From NCBI RefSeq assembly GCF_963921235.1, contig NC_086097.1:203920001-203984000 (forward strand): DNA of 64,000 nt. Reading direction: 5' to 3'. How positions within the stretch are numbered: position 1 is the first letter of the stretch; each line of letters starts with the position of its first letter. The notes beneath the pieces were generated by a model. It was given only the letters and a program-made list of their open reading frames with translations. It ran no database searches and had not been told where the DNA came from. Source of the DNA: Mobula hypostoma (Eukaryota). The position numbers and the translations under genes were made by a program. Shown one piece after another: positions 1 to 12,797 of the stretch.

Positions 1-864
1 TTGAGTACAGAGAGGAAATTAAGAACCTGGTGGCATGGTGAGAAGACAATAACCTATCCTTCAATGTCAGCAAGATGAAGGAATTGGTTGTTGACTTCAG
101 AAGGAGTAGTGGACCGCACAACCCAATTTACATCGGTGGTGCGCAAGTGGAACAGGTCAAAAGCTTTAAGTTCCTTAGGGTCAATATCACAAATGACCTG
201 ACTTGGTCCAACCAAGCAGAGTCCACTGCCAAGAAGGTCCACCAGTGCCTTTACTTCCTGAGAAAACTAAAGGAATTCGGCCTGTCCCCTAAAACCCTCA
301 CTAATTTTTATAGATGCACCATAGAAAGCATTCTTCTAGGGTGCATCACAACCTGGTATGGAAGTTGTCCTGTCCAAGACCGGAAGAAGTTGCAGAAGAT
401 CGTGAACATGGCACAGCACATCACACAAACTAATCTTCTGTCCATGGACTCACTTTACTCCGCATGCTGTCGGAGCAGTCCTGCCAGGATAATCAAGGAC
501 ACGACCCACCCAGCCAACACACTTTTCGTCCCTCTTCTCTCCGGGAGAAGGCTCAGGAGCTTGAAGATTCGTACAGCCAGATTTGAGAACAGCTTCTTTC
601 CAATTGTGATAAGATTGCTGAATGGATCCTGACCCGGATCTGGGCCGTACCTTCCAAGTATCCGCACCTGCCTCTCAGTTCTTTTTTTGCACTACCTTAC
701 TTTCCATTTTCCTATTTTCTATTTATGATTCCTAATTTAAATTTTTAATATTTACTATTGATTTTTAATCCAGGGAGCAGGAAGCACAGAATCAAATATC
801 ACTGTGATGATTGTACGTTCCAGTATCAATTGTTTGGTGACAATAAAGTATAAAGTATAAAGTA
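1..864 (+). mobile_element. Rex1/Babar-clade LINE, 3' fragment (RT C-terminus, 3' UTR, tandem tail)
   Basis: ORF 75-632 has KELVVDFRR, FKFL, DLTWS, LYFLRKL, ESIL..CIT.WYG and SFFP motifs typical of Rex/Babar ORF2; ends in AATAAA plus (TAAAGTA)n tail at 841-864. Confidence 0.85.
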
Positions 865-874
865 TTTCCATCTT

Positions 875-2252
875 TAATATCTCTATTTTCCCCTCTCAGG
901 GTTCTTTTGAAAACCCTGACCTGCAGTTACTTGCTGACTACTGTTCTTTGCGGGAATGGGACCTGCTCTCGGGGTTTCACGACTGGCCGTTATTCGGCAT
1001 GCCAAGGGCTCGGCCTAAGAGCTCAGCTTGCCTTCGGAGGGCCGAGATCTCATGGCTCTGAAGGTCAGTATCTGGTCAGATCAGTGTGTCATGGGAGATG
1101 GAAGATCTAAGGCCGTGTGCCCTGAGACCGGAGATCTTTGTTCATAGAGCTTGGAAAAAGTGACAAAATGATTTTTAACATAGTAATCCAATGAGTTGTT
1201 TGTTATGTCTCCCCTCTCGCTGTGAAACAGAGACAGCTAATAAGGGAGAGAGAGAGAGAGCCAGAGAGAGAGCCTGTGTTATGTTGAATGCCCGGTGAAC
1301 AAGTAGTCTTTGGATTACTGCAAGTCTGTGTCTTTGCTGTTGCTTTGCTCACGCTTGAGTGCTTGGTGGCAGGTGCCGATGCTGTATTTGCCGGTGGGGG
1401 GAGGGGGGATAGAAACATAGAAACATAGAAAATAGGTGCAGGAGTAGGCCATTCGGCCCTTCGAGCCTGCACCGCCATTTATTATGATCATGGCTGATCA
1501 TCCAACTCAGAACCCCACCCCAGCCTTCCCTCCATACCCCCTGACCCCCGTAGCCACAAGGGCCATATCTAACTCCCTCTTAAATATAGCCAATGAACTG
1601 GCCTCAACAGTTTCCTGTGGCAGAGAATTCCACAGATTCACCACTCTCTGTGTGAAGAAGTTTTTCCTAATCTCGGTCCTAAAAGGCTTCCCCTCTATCC
1701 TCAAACTGTGACCCCTCGTTCTGGACTTCCCCAACATCGGGAACAATCTTCCTGCATCTAGCCTGTCCAATCCCTTTAGGATCTTATACGTTTCAATCAG
1801 ATCCCCCCTCAATCTTCTAAATTCCAATGAGTACAAGCCCAATTCATCCAGTCTTTCTTCATATGAAAGTCCCGCCATCCCAGGAATCAATCTGGTGAAC
1901 CTTCTTTGTACTCCCTCTATGGCAAAGATGTCTTTCCTCAGATTAGGGGACCAAAACTGCACACAATACTCCAGGTGTGGTCTCACCAAGGCCTTGTACA
2001 ACTGCAGTAGTACGTCCCTGCTCCTGTACTCGAATCCTCTCGCTATAAATGATCGTTACTTGCTGCTGCTTATGTGTGGGAGGGAGGGAAATTGGGGGGG
2101 GACTTTGGGCTTCTAACACTTAACTGCTATTCATTCTTTGGGGGCACTCCTCTGTTTTCGTGGATGGTTGTGAAGAAAAAGCATTTCAGAATATATATTC
2201 TATACATTTCTGTGACATAAAATGTACCTTTGAAACCTTTGAAATCTTGAAA
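875..2252 (+). mobile_element. Non-coding retroposon with LINE-like 3' tail, split by a CR1 insertion
   Basis: GC-rich non-coding body with internal GA tract; ends in (CTTTGAAAC)-like tandem tail at 2227-2252; resumes after the CR1 at ~2050; family not identified. Confidence 0.4.
1409..2047 (-). mobile_element. CR1 LINE, 5'-truncated young copy
   Basis: ORF 1507-2001 (YKALVRPHLEYCVQFWSP, QRRFTRLIPG, RGDLIE, FFTQRVV) is the CR1 ORF2 C-terminus; (TTTCTATG)n tail at 1409-1430; near-identical to the copy at 20761-22013. Confidence 0.92.
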
Positions 2253-2254
2253 CC

Positions 2255-2583
2255 TTCTATTCTCTATTTTGGCTTTTTACCTCTTCTCGTCAGCTAATTC
2301 TACCTCTCCCTGGAGTCCCTCCTTCTTCCCTTTCTTCCATTGTTCACTGTCCTCTCCTATCAGATTCCTTCTTTTCCCACCCTTTACCTTTCTCATCCAC
2401 CTGACTTTACCTGGCACACTCTAGCTAATCCATTTTACCCTTCCCCCACCTTTTTATTCCGACATCTTCCCCTTTCCATCCCAGTCCTGAAGAAGGGGCT
2501 CGGCTCGAAACGTGGTGGTTTATTCATTTGCATAGATGCTTCTTGACCTGCTGGGTTCCTCTAGCATTTTGTGTGTGTTGCTC
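2255..2583 (+). mobile_element. Penelope-like element 3' region with degenerate hammerhead motif
   Basis: CAGTC-CTGAAGA-...-GAAA-CG at 2482-2512, followed by the GATGCT..GACCTGCTG..AGCATTTTGTGTG terminus shared with other PLE copies. Confidence 0.7.
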
Positions 2584-4023
2584 AGAAGCAGCATCTTTTT
2601 TCCTGAACCATTGATAGGATTTATTCCCCATTCGGTGTCAGATTGAATATAGATATGTTATACTGGTTGTGATTACTGGTTGTAAATTCCAGATTTGGAT
2701 TAATGAATATTTCGGATTGAGGAACCCAGAAACTACAGTTGAAGCACTCTTCCTGTAAGCTAGTTTATTGTCGTTGCAGTGCAACGCCATTTATGACAAC
2801 AGCCAGTTTGAGGCAATTGTTCCAATGTCACGTTTATCAGAAAATATTAAATGTATTATGTGACTACAAAGGTGGAAATACTGCCAAATTAACCTATTCT
2901 CCCTGCCATATTAAAACAGACAGACAGAAATGCATGTGATGCAGTTTGGCAGCTCTGATGTATACTGCAGATTCTGAAAACTGTACTTATGCAGACCAGT
3001 TACCAACATTAACTTGTGAGTTAACTGAAAGAGATTTCAGTGTGTACTGTAGACATTGTCTGCAAGACAGTTTAATTTGCTTAGCTTTCCCACTTCCTGT
3101 TAGGAGTGATTGTCAGTGGCTGTAAATTCTACATTCCTTTAGTCTACGCCACATCCTAATGATTAAGTGTAGAACCAGACAGTCAGCTCCCTCCCTCCCA
3201 TTACATTCACCTTAACTTATCTGTTGATCCACTGTGAATTACTTCATACTAGGAGTGGCATTACACACTAATTGGAATCTTTATAAATAAACAAAACCAG
3301 ACTCTGTAAAGCACACATCAAAGCTGAAGGACTGGTAACTATTTGCAAGTTAGTTTAGAAAGAAGGTGCAAACAGCTTTTCCATTGGGAACCACCTGCTG
3401 GATTCTGATAGTGTTAGTCATCTGGCCAGGCCATTTGGTCTGTTAAACAAGTAGCAGTGATGTGATAAGCAGCAGAGCTGCAAATGGCGTGTCAAAAAGG
3501 ATAAGGATTTTATGCACCTTCCTTTATGATGAATTAGTTTATCACATTTCAAACAGATTTAAAAGCGATGTGTGCATTTCTATTATTTGTTGAATATAAG
3601 TGAGTGAATAAATCTAATCCATGCATTTTAATCTGTCAGTAGTTGATTACATACAAACAGGTGTGGTTTATAAAATAGGATTTGTAACTACAGATCTGTA
3701 CTGTTCTATTGCCACTGGTGACAATTTAAAGATTCTAGTGCCTGTTGTTTTAGTTCAGTTATTATATTTGGATTCTCACCACAATGTGAATTTACAATGT
3801 AAGTATCTGCTAGAATCAGGGTACAGAAATGTTTCAAGAGATCTGTGTCTTTAAAATAAAAACAGCATATAAGTGTTCAAAGCTGTGCCACATCTTGGAC
3901 TGCAGGGTAGGGAAGGAATACGTTCTCATATGGCTGGATTAAACTCTTACTACCATTTAATGGAGACCCAATTTTAATTGTGTACATATAAAATTGTTGG
4001 TCAATTGGTAGGTAAAAGCCTAC

Positions 4024-5255
4024 AAGTTCAAAGTAAATGTATTATCAAAGTATATATGTCACTATATACAATGCTGAGATTCATTCTTAAGGGCATTCAC
4101 AATGAATACAATGAAACACAATAAAATCAATGAAAAACCACACACAGGACCAACAACCAATATGAAAAAGATAACGAACTGTGCAAATAAAAAAATTAAA
4201 AAACAAGCAAAATAATAATAATGATAATAATAAATAAATAAGCAATAAATATTGAGAACATAAAATGAAGAATCATTGAAAGTGATTCCGTAGATTGTGG
4301 GAACAATCAAGTGAAGATAGTGAAGTTATCCCCTCTGTTCAGAGCCTGGTGGTTGAGGGGTAATAACTGACATTGGAAATCCAAAACAACACACACAAAA
4401 TGCTGGAGGAACTCAGCAGGTCAGGCAGCATCTATGGAAATGAATAAACAGGCGAGCTTTTAGGCTGAGGCCCTTCTTCAGAACTAAGAAGGAAGGAGGG
4501 AGATGCTAGAATAAAATGGTGGGGGAGGGGAAAGTGATAGGGGAACACAGGTGGGTGGGAAAGGTAAAGGACCGGAGAAGAAGGAGAAGGAGTAGGGAAC
4601 CTGGGGGGAAGTGGTCAGAGTGAGGAATAGAGGAAGAGGAGAAGGGGAGGGAAGTTTTTTTTACCAGAAGATAAAGTCAATATTCATGCCATTAGGTTAG
4701 AAGCTACTAAGATGGAATATAAGGTATTGCTCCTCCTCCCTGTGGGTGGCCTCAAGTTGGCACAAGAGGAGGCCATGGACTGACATGTTGGAATAGCAAT
4801 GGGAATGGGAAAAAATGTTTGGCCAACGGGAAGTTCTTCTTTTGGCTGATGAGGTAAAGGCGCTTGTTGAAACAGTCCCCCAATTCCCAAAACTGGTAGT
4901 GTGTGTCCTGAAGCTTCTGACCTTTCTTCCTTATGGCAGCAGCAAGAAGAGACCATGGCCTGGATGATGGATGTCCTTGATGATGGATGCTGCTTTCATG
5001 CGACATTGCTCTGTGTGGCTGTGCTCACTGCTGGGGAGGGCTTTACTTGTAATGGACTGGGCTGCATCTACTACTGTTTATAGGCTTTTCCATTCGATGG
5101 CATTGGTCTTTCCAAACTAGTCTCTGAAGCAATCTGTCAATATGCTCCACCACAGATCTATAGAAGTTTTGGAAGACATATCAGATCTTTGCAAACTTGT
5201 AAGAATAGAAGCTCTGTCGTGCTTTCTTCATAATGGCACTTATGTGCCGGACAAA
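4024..5255 (-). mobile_element. Rex/Babar-type LINE 3' fragment, interrupted by a PLE at 4371-4885
   Basis: Tail AAGTTCAAAGTAAA.. at 4024; degraded IIKD.HHP/LLP motif region at 4890-5010. Confidence 0.6.
4371..4885 (-). mobile_element. Penelope-like element 3' fragment (GIY-YIG C-terminus plus 3' region)
   Basis: Frameshifted LGD.F..., P.AKHF, EEQ.LIF and SNLMA remnants homologous to 23575-23901; degenerate hammerhead and PLE terminus. Confidence 0.75.
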
Positions 5256-7132
5256 AGTAGTGGATACAACAGTGCATCATGGGTAAAACCCTCCGGATTA
5301 GTTAGCACACTTACACAGGAACAAAGGTGATGAACTGAGAGCTTGGATACATACGTGGAATTATGATGCAGTGGCCATTACAGAGACTTGGCTAGCACCA
5401 GGGCAGGAATGGATTCTCAATATTCCTGGATTTCAGTGCCTTAAAAGGGATAGAGAGGTGAGGAAAGGGGAGGAGGGTGGCATTACTGGTCAGGGATACT
5501 ATTACAGCTACAGGAAGGGTGGGTAATGTAGCAGGATCCTCTTTTGAGTCAGTATGGGTGGAAGTCAGGAACAGGAAGTGAGCAGTTACTCTATTGGGGG
5601 TATTCTATAGGCCCCCTGGTAGCAGCAGAGATACAGAGGAGCAGATTGGGAGGCAGATTTTGGAAAGGTGCAAAAATAACAGGGTTGTTATCATGGGTGA
5701 CTTTAACTTCCCTAATATTGATTGGCACCTGATTAGTTCCAAGAGTTTAGATGGGGCAGAGTTTGTTAAGTGTGTCCAGGATGGATTCCTGTCACAGTAT
5801 GTTGACAGGCTGACTAGGGGGAATGCCATACTAGATCTAATATTAGATAACGAACCTGGTCAGGTCACAGATCTCTCAGTGGGTGAGCATCTGGGGGACA
5901 GTGACCACCGCTCCCTGGCCTTTAACATTATCATGGAAAAGGATAGAATCAGAGAGGGCAGGAAAATTATTAATTGGGGAAGGCTAACTTATGAGGCTAT
6001 AAGGCTAGAACTAGCAGGTGTGAATGGACATGTGGTTGATGTTTAGGGATCTCTTGCAGGATATTAGGGATAAATTTGTCCCGGTGAGGAAGATAAAGAA
6101 TGGTAGGGTGAAGGAACCATGGGTGACAAGTGAGGTGGAAAATCTAGTCAGGTGGAAGAAGGCAGCATACATGAGGGTTAAGAAGCAAGGATCAGATGGG
6201 TCTATTGAGGAATATAGGGTAGCAAAAAAGGAGCTTAAGAAGGGGCTGAGGAGAGCAAAAAGGGGGCATGAGAAGGCCTTGGCGAGTCGGGTAAAGGAAA
6301 ACCCCAAGGCATTCTTCAATTATGTGAAGAAAAAACGGATGACAGGAGTGAAGGTAGGACTGATTAGAGATAAAGGTGGGAAGATGTGCCTGGAGGCTGT
6401 GGAAGTGAGTAAGGTCCTCAATGAATACTTCTCTTCGGTATTCACCAATGAGAGGGAACTTGATGACAGTGAGGACAATATGAATGAGGTTGATGTTCTG
6501 GAGCATGTTGATATTATGGGAGAGGAGGTGTCAGAGTTGTTAAAATACGTTAGGACGGGTAAGTCCCCGGGGCCTGACGGAATATTCCCCAGGCTGCTCC
6601 GCGAGACGAGGGAAGAGATGGCTGAGCCTCTGACTAGGATCTTTATGTCCTCGTCATCCACGGGAATGATACCGGAGGATTGGAGGGAGGCAAATGTTGT
6701 CCCCTTGTTCAGAAAAGGTAGTAGGGATAGTCCGGATAATTATAGACCAGTGAGCCTTATGTCCGTGGTGGGAAAGCTGTTGGAAAAGATTCTTAGAGAT
6801 AGAATCTATGGGCATTTAGAGAATTATGGTCTGATCAGGGACAGTCAGCATGGCTTTGTGAAGGGCAGATCGTGTCTAACAAGCCTGATAGAGTTCTTTG
6901 AGGAGGTGACCAGGCATATAGATGAGGGTAGTGCAGTGGATGTGATCTATATGGATTTTAGTAAGGCACTTGACAAGTTTCCACACGGTAGGCTTATTCA
7001 GAAAGTCAGAAGGCATGGGATCCAGGGAAGTTTGGCCAGGTGGATTCAAAATTGGCAGAAAGCAGAGGGTTGTGGTGGAGGGAGTACATTCGGATTGGAG
7101 GGTTGTGACTAGTGGTGTCCCACAAGGATCGG

Positions 7133-7848
7133 ACTGGTGCTCCCGATGTGGCCTTCTATATATTGGCGAGACCCGACTTAGACTGGGAAATCGTTTCGCT
7201 GAACACCTACACTCTGTCCGCCAGAGAAAGCAGGATCTCCCAGTTGCCACACATTTTAATTTCATGTCCCATTCCCATTCTGATATGTCTATCCACGGCC
7301 TCCTCTACTGTAAAGGTGAAGCCACACTCAGGTTGGAGGAACAACACCTTATATTCCGTCTGGGTAGCCTCCAACCTGATGGCATGAACATTGACTTCTC
7401 AAACTTCTGCTAATGCCCACCTCCCCCTCGTACCCCATCTGTTATTTATTTATTTATGTACACACATTCTTTTTCTCACTCTCCTTTTTCTCCCTCTGTC
7501 CCTCTCACTATACCCCTTGCCCATCCTCTGGGCTTCCCCCTCCCCCTTTTTTTCTCCCTAGGTCTCCTTTTCCATGATCCTCTCATATCCCCTTTGCCAA
7601 TCACCTGTCCAGTTCTTGGCTCCATCCCTTCACCTCCTGTCTTCTCCTATCATTTTGAATCTCCCCCTCCCCCTCCCATTTTCAAATCTCTGACTAGCTT
7701 TTCTTTCAGTTAGCCCTGATGAAGGGTCTCAGCCCGAAACATCGACTGTACCTTTTCCTAGAGATGCTGCCTGGCCTGCTGCGTTCACCAGCAACTTTTA
7801 TGTGTGTTACTTGAAAATTCCAGCATCTGCAGATTTCCTGGGGTGTTT
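7133..7848 (+). mobile_element. Penelope-like element (Neptune-type), 5'-truncated, inserted in CR1 RT
   Basis: CSRCGLLYIGET..EH..HF..EEQHLIFRLGSLQPDGMN GIY-YIG half; CR1 sequence GGATCGG|TTCTGGG resumes after it with TCGG duplicated at 7129-7132 and 7849-7852. Confidence 0.9.
7711..7748 (+). ncRNA. Minimal type I hammerhead ribozyme motif (PLE), slightly degenerate
   Basis: CTGATGA-AGGGTCTCAGCCC-GAAA-CATC-GACTG; core intact, mismatches in stem I and stem III. Confidence 0.6.
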
Positions 7849-8834
7849 TCGGTTCTGGGACCTCTACTTTTCGTGATTTTTATTAACGACCTGGATGTGG
7901 GGTAGAAGGGTGGGTTAGCAAGTTTGCAGATGACATAAAGGTTGGTGGTGTTGTAGATAGTGTAGAGGATTGTTGAAGATTGCAGAGAGACATTGATAGG
8001 ATGCAGAAGAGGGCTGAGAAGTGGCAGATGGAGTTCAACCCGGAGAAGTGTGAGGTGGTACACTTTGAAAGGACAAACTCCAAGGCAGAGTACAAAGTAA
8101 ATGGCAGGATACTTAGTAGTGTGCAGGAGCAGAGGGATCTCGGGGTACATGTCCACAGATCCCTGAAATTTGCCTCACAGGTAGATAGGTTAGTTAAGAA
8201 AACTTATGGGGAGTTAGCATTCATAAGTGGAGGGATAGAGTTTAAGAGTCGCGATGTAATGATGCAGCTGTATAAAACTCTGGTTAGGCCACACTTGGAG
8301 TACTGTGTCCAGTTCTGGTCGCCTCACTATAGGAAGGATGTGGAAGCATTGGAAAGAGTACAGAGGAGATTTACCAGGATGCTGCCTGGTTTAGAAAGTA
8401 TGCATTATGATCAGAGATTAAGGGAGCTAGGGCTTTACTCTTTGGAGAGAAGGAGGATGAGAGGAGACATGATAGAGGTGTACAAGATATTAAGAGGAAT
8501 AGATAGAGTGGATAGCCAGCGCCTCTTCCCCAGGGCACCACTGCTCAGTACGAGAGGACATGGCTTTAAGGTAAGGGATGGGAAGTTCAAGGGGGATATT
8601 AGAGGAAGGTTTTTTACTCAGAGAGTGGTTGGTATGTGGAATGCACTGCCTGAGTCAGTGGTGGAGGCAGATACACAAGTGAAATTTAAGAGACTACTAG
8701 ACAGGTATATGGAGGAATTTAAGGTGAGGGGTTATATGGGAGGCAGGGTTTAAGGGTTGGCACAACATTTGTGGGCTGAAGGGCCTGTACTGTGCTGTAC
8801 TATTCTATGCTCTATGCTCTATGCTCAAAGTGTT

Positions 8835-9270
8835 GTTGCAGGAAAGCAGCATCCATCATCAAGGATCCCCACCACCTATGACATGCTGTTTTTTTCACTG
8901 CTGCCATCAGGATGGAGGTACAGGAGCCTTAATACCCACACTACTACGTTCAGAAACAGTTATTACCTCTCAAAAGCCTGGACTTTCAAACTCTTGAACT
9001 AAAGGGGATAACTTCCCCCAACTTCATTCACCCCAACACTGAACTGTTCCCATAACCTATGGACTCACTTTCAAGGACTCTTTATGTCATGTTCTCAACA
9101 TTTATTGCTTTTTTTTTGCTTTTTGCATTTGCAGTTTGTTGTCTTTTGCACATTGGTTGTTTGTCCATCTTATTGTGTGCGGTCTTTCATTGTTCCATTT
9201 TGTTTCTTTGTATTTACAGTGAATGCCTACAAGGAAATGAATCTCAGGATTGTATACGGTGATATACTTT
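8835..9270 (+). mobile_element. Rex/Babar-type LINE 3' end
   Basis: FSLLPSG.RYRSL..TT.FRNSYY peptide, followed by the GAATCTCAGG.TTGTATA 3' UTR seen in other copies. Confidence 0.7.
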
Positions 9271-9679
9271 GGACTAGTCTGTATGGTCGAACTTTGGACA
9301 AACTAGTCTATTTTCAAACTCAGACTGTGCTCCCCCATGTGAATGGATTTGTTACACAAGAAACAACTTGTGATGCACTTGTTTTAAATGTAATGAATAC
9401 ATTTAAAGCAGGATGTTTGATTATTTTCCCTTTCCATAGTGATTAAGTGAAATAAACTACTATCTGAAGTGAAGATGGAAGTGTTATTTTACATCCATTG
9501 CTCATCAGCTTTGACTCACTTGTAAGTCACCCTGGTTTGAAAGGATTCAGTTGTTCCTGGTCAGATTCCTGAAAGCTGAAGGGAAGCCAAATGGAGACAA
9601 GGTGTGATGTGTCAAGGAAGGGAAAGAAAAATGTCCTTACTCACATCAGCAGAACCTAGAGTGAGTAAACAGTAGATTT

Positions 9680-10060
9680 CTTTTATTCTTTCATGGGACA
9701 TGAATGTTAAACACTAAGTCTGCATTTATCGCTCACCTATAATCTCCCTTATCAAAGCAGTTTTGTTGAACTGCTCAAGCTAGTGTGTTGAAGATCCTCC
9801 CACAATATTATTGGGGAGGGAAATCAATTATTTTAGTATGATAATGATAATGATGAAAGAATGGTAATCTGTATTTAAATCAGTTTTGTCTGACTTGGAG
9901 GAACACTTGCAGGTGCTGGTGTACCAATGGTTCTGTTGCATTTTCCTTTCTTGGTGTTATAAGGCACATATTTAGGAACTATTATTGAGAAGCCTTGATG
10001 AGTTGCCACAGTATATCTTGTAGATGTTGCACACTGCAGACACTGTGATGGAAGAAGGTA
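9680..10060 (-). mobile_element. Old degraded LINE 3' end (CR1/L2 group)
   Basis: Similar to 22465-22780 in this window (GCA.TTA..GCTCA.C.. / TTGAA.TGCT); resembles an ancient elasmobranch LINE tail from memory. Confidence 0.35.
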
Positions 10061-10143
10061 ATCTACAGTTCTGTAGAGCAGCACTTGATCAATTACTGGC
10101 TTTAAAGAATACAAGGGAAGTATGTGCTATAAAAAATAATGAA

Positions 10144-12210
10144 ATCAGAATCAGAATCAGGTTTATTATCACTGGCATGTGATGTGAAATTTGTTAACTT
10201 AGCAGCAGCAGTTCAATGCAATACATAATCTAGCAGAGAAAAAAATAATAATAGACAATAGACAATAGGTGCAGGAGTAGGCCATTCGGCCCTTCGAGCC
10301 AGCACCGCCATACACTGTGATCATGGCTGATCATCCACAATCAGTACCCTGTTACTGCCTTCTCCCCATATCCCTTGACTCCACTATCTTTTAGAGCTCT
10401 ATCTAACTCTTTCTTGAAAGCATCCAGAGAATTGGCCTCCACTGCCTTCTGAGACAGAGCATTCCACAGATCCACAACTCTCTGGGTGAAAAAGTTTTTC
10501 CTCAACTCCATTCTAAATGGCCTACCCCTTATTCTTAAACTGTGGCCTCTGGTTCTGGACTCCTCCAACATTGGGAACATGTTTCCTGCCTCTCGCGTGT
10601 CCAATCCCTTAATAATCTTTTATGTTTCAATCAGATACCCTCTCATCCTTCTAACTTCCAGTGTATACAACCCCAGTCACTCCAATCTTTCAACATATGA
10701 CAGTCCCGCCATCCCGGGAATTAACCTCGTGAACCTCCTCTGCACTCCCTCAATAGCTAGAATGTCCTTCCTCAAACTTGGAGACCAAAACTGCACACAA
10801 TACTCCAGGTGTGGTCTCACCAGGGCCCTGTACAACTGCAGAAGGACCTCTTTGCTCCTATACTCAACTTCCCTTGTTATGAAGGCCAGCATGCCATTAG
10901 CTTTCTTCACTGCCTGCTGTACCTGCATGCTTACTTTCAGTGACTGATGAACAAGGACACCTAGATCTCGTTGTACTTCCCCTTTTCCTAACTTGACACC
11001 ATTTAGATAGTAATCTGCCTTCCTGTTCTTACCACCAAAGTGGATAACCTCACACTTATCCACATTAAACTGCATCTGCCCACTCACCCAACTTGTCCAA
11101 GTCACCCTGTATTCTCATAATATCCTCCTCATATTTCACACTGCCACCCAGCTTTGTGTCATCTGCAAATTTGCTAATGTTACTTTTAATCCCTTCATCT
11201 AAATCATTAATGTATATTGTAAATAGCTGCGGCCCTAGCCCCGAGCCTTGCGGTACCCCACTAGTCACCAGTTGCCATTCTGAAAGGGACCTGTTAATCC
11301 CTACTCTTTGTTTCCTGTCTGCCAACCAATTTTCTATCCATGTCAGTGCCTTACCCCCAATACCATGTGCTCTAATTTTGCCCACTAATCTCCTATGTGG
11401 GACCTTATCAAAGGCTTTCTGAAAGTCCAGGTACACTATATCCACTGGCTGTCCCTTGTCCATTTTCATAGTTACATCCTCAAAAAAATTCCAGAAGATT
11501 AGTCAAGCATGATTTCCCCTTCGTAAATCCATGCTGACTGGGACCTATCCTGCTACTGCTATCCAAATATGCCGCTATTTCACTTTTATAATTGACTCCA
11601 GCAGCTTCCCCACCACTGACGTCAGGCTAACTGGTCTATAATTCCCTGTTTTATCTCTCCCTCCTTTCTTAAAAAGTGGGATAACATTAGCTACCCTCCA
11701 ATCCACAGGAACTGATCATGAATCTATAGAACATTGGAAAATGATTACCAGTGCGTCCACGATTTCTAGAACCACCTCCTTAAGTACTCTGGATGCAGAC
11801 CATCAGGACCTGGGGATTTATCAGCCTTCAGTCCCATCAGTCTATCCAACACCATTTTCTGCATAATGTAAATTTCCTTCAATTCCTCCGTTACCCTAGG
11901 TCCTCTGGCCACCATTACATCTGGGAGATTGTTTGTGTCTTCCCTAGTGAAGACAAATCCAAAGTACCTGTTCAACTTGTCTGCCATTTCCTTGTTCCCC
12001 ATAATAAATTCACCCGCTTCTGTCTTCAAGGGCCCAACTTTGGTCTTAATTAACTTTTTCCTCCTCACATACCTAATGAAGCTTTTATTATCCTCCTTTA
12101 TATTCTTGGCTAGCTTAATAATAAATAAACAAGTAAATTGAATAGATTTAAAAAACCGTGCAAAAACAGAAATACTGTATATTAAAATAAAAGTGAGGTA
12201 GTGTCAAAAA
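10144..12210 (-). mobile_element. Rex/Babar-type 3' UTR with (TCTGAT)n tail, split by CR1
   Basis: 10144-10250 plus 12116-12210 are the reverse complement of the 3' UTR at 12600-12797; AATAATA flanks the CR1 on both sides. Confidence 0.7.
10252..12115 (-). mobile_element. CR1 LINE ORF2 fragment (RT to 3' UTR), frameshifted
   Basis: KSPGPDGLHP, YLDFQKAFDKVPH, SGVPQGS.LGP, FADDTK and LVRPHLEYC across ORFs 11766-12068, 11065-11469, 10677-11105; (CTATTGT)n tail. Confidence 0.92.
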
Positions 12211-12221
12211 ATGCATCTCCT

Positions 12222-12400
12222 TTTACTTTATACTTTATACTTCATTGTCGCCAAACAATTGATACTAGAATGTACAAACATCATAGCGATATTTGATTCT
12301 GCGCTTCCCTCTCCCTGGAGTACAAATCAATAGTAAATATTAAAAATTTAAATTTTAAATCATAAATAGAAAATAGAAAATGGAAAGTAAGGTAGTGCAT
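12222..12400 (-). mobile_element. Rex/Babar 3' UTR and tail (same family as 1-864)
   Basis: Reverse-complement match to ~685-864 including the (TAAAGTA)n tail. Confidence 0.8.
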
Positions 12401-12449
12401 AGTATGACTTTGTATGTAGTAAGAATAGTTTGAAATATGCCTATATTAA

Positions 12450-12797
12450 TTTCTCATTGTTACCATCAGGAATGAGGTACAGAAGCCTGAAGGCACATGC
12501 TCAGCGATTCAGGAACAGCTTCTTCCTCTCTGCCATCCAATACATAAATGGACATTGAACCCTTGGATACTACCTCATTTTTTAAAGTTATATTATCTTT
12601 GTTTTTTTTGCGTGATTTTTAATCTATTCAATATATGTATACTGTAATTGATTTACTTATTTGTTCACTATTATTATTATTATTTTATTTTGTTTTTTCT
12701 GTCTATATTATGTATTATATGGAACTGCTGCTGCTAAGTTAACAAATTTCATGACACATGCCGGTGATAACAAACCTGATTGTGATTCTGATTCTGA
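12450..12797 (+). mobile_element. Rex/Babar-type LINE 3' end
   Basis: LLPSG.RYRSLK...RFRNSFF peptide; (TCTGAT)n tail. Confidence 0.75.

Larger units (their letters stand above)
5320..8826 (+). mobile_element. CR1 LINE ORF2 (APE endonuclease + RT), disrupted, with nested PLE
   Basis: GVFYRPP, GDFNFP, LDLIL, SDH (APE; 5594-6046); KSPGPDG, NYRPVSL, QHGF.KGRSCLT, YMDFSKA (RT; 6024-7112); C-terminus 7980-8753; (TCTATGC)n tail at 8801-8826. Confidence 0.93.

Noticed and set aside
6970..7413. ORF fusing CR1 RT (SGVPQGS) in frame to a GIY-YIG half domain
   Set aside because: Chance product of the PLE insertion; the upstream CR1 frame is broken and the GIY motif is missing
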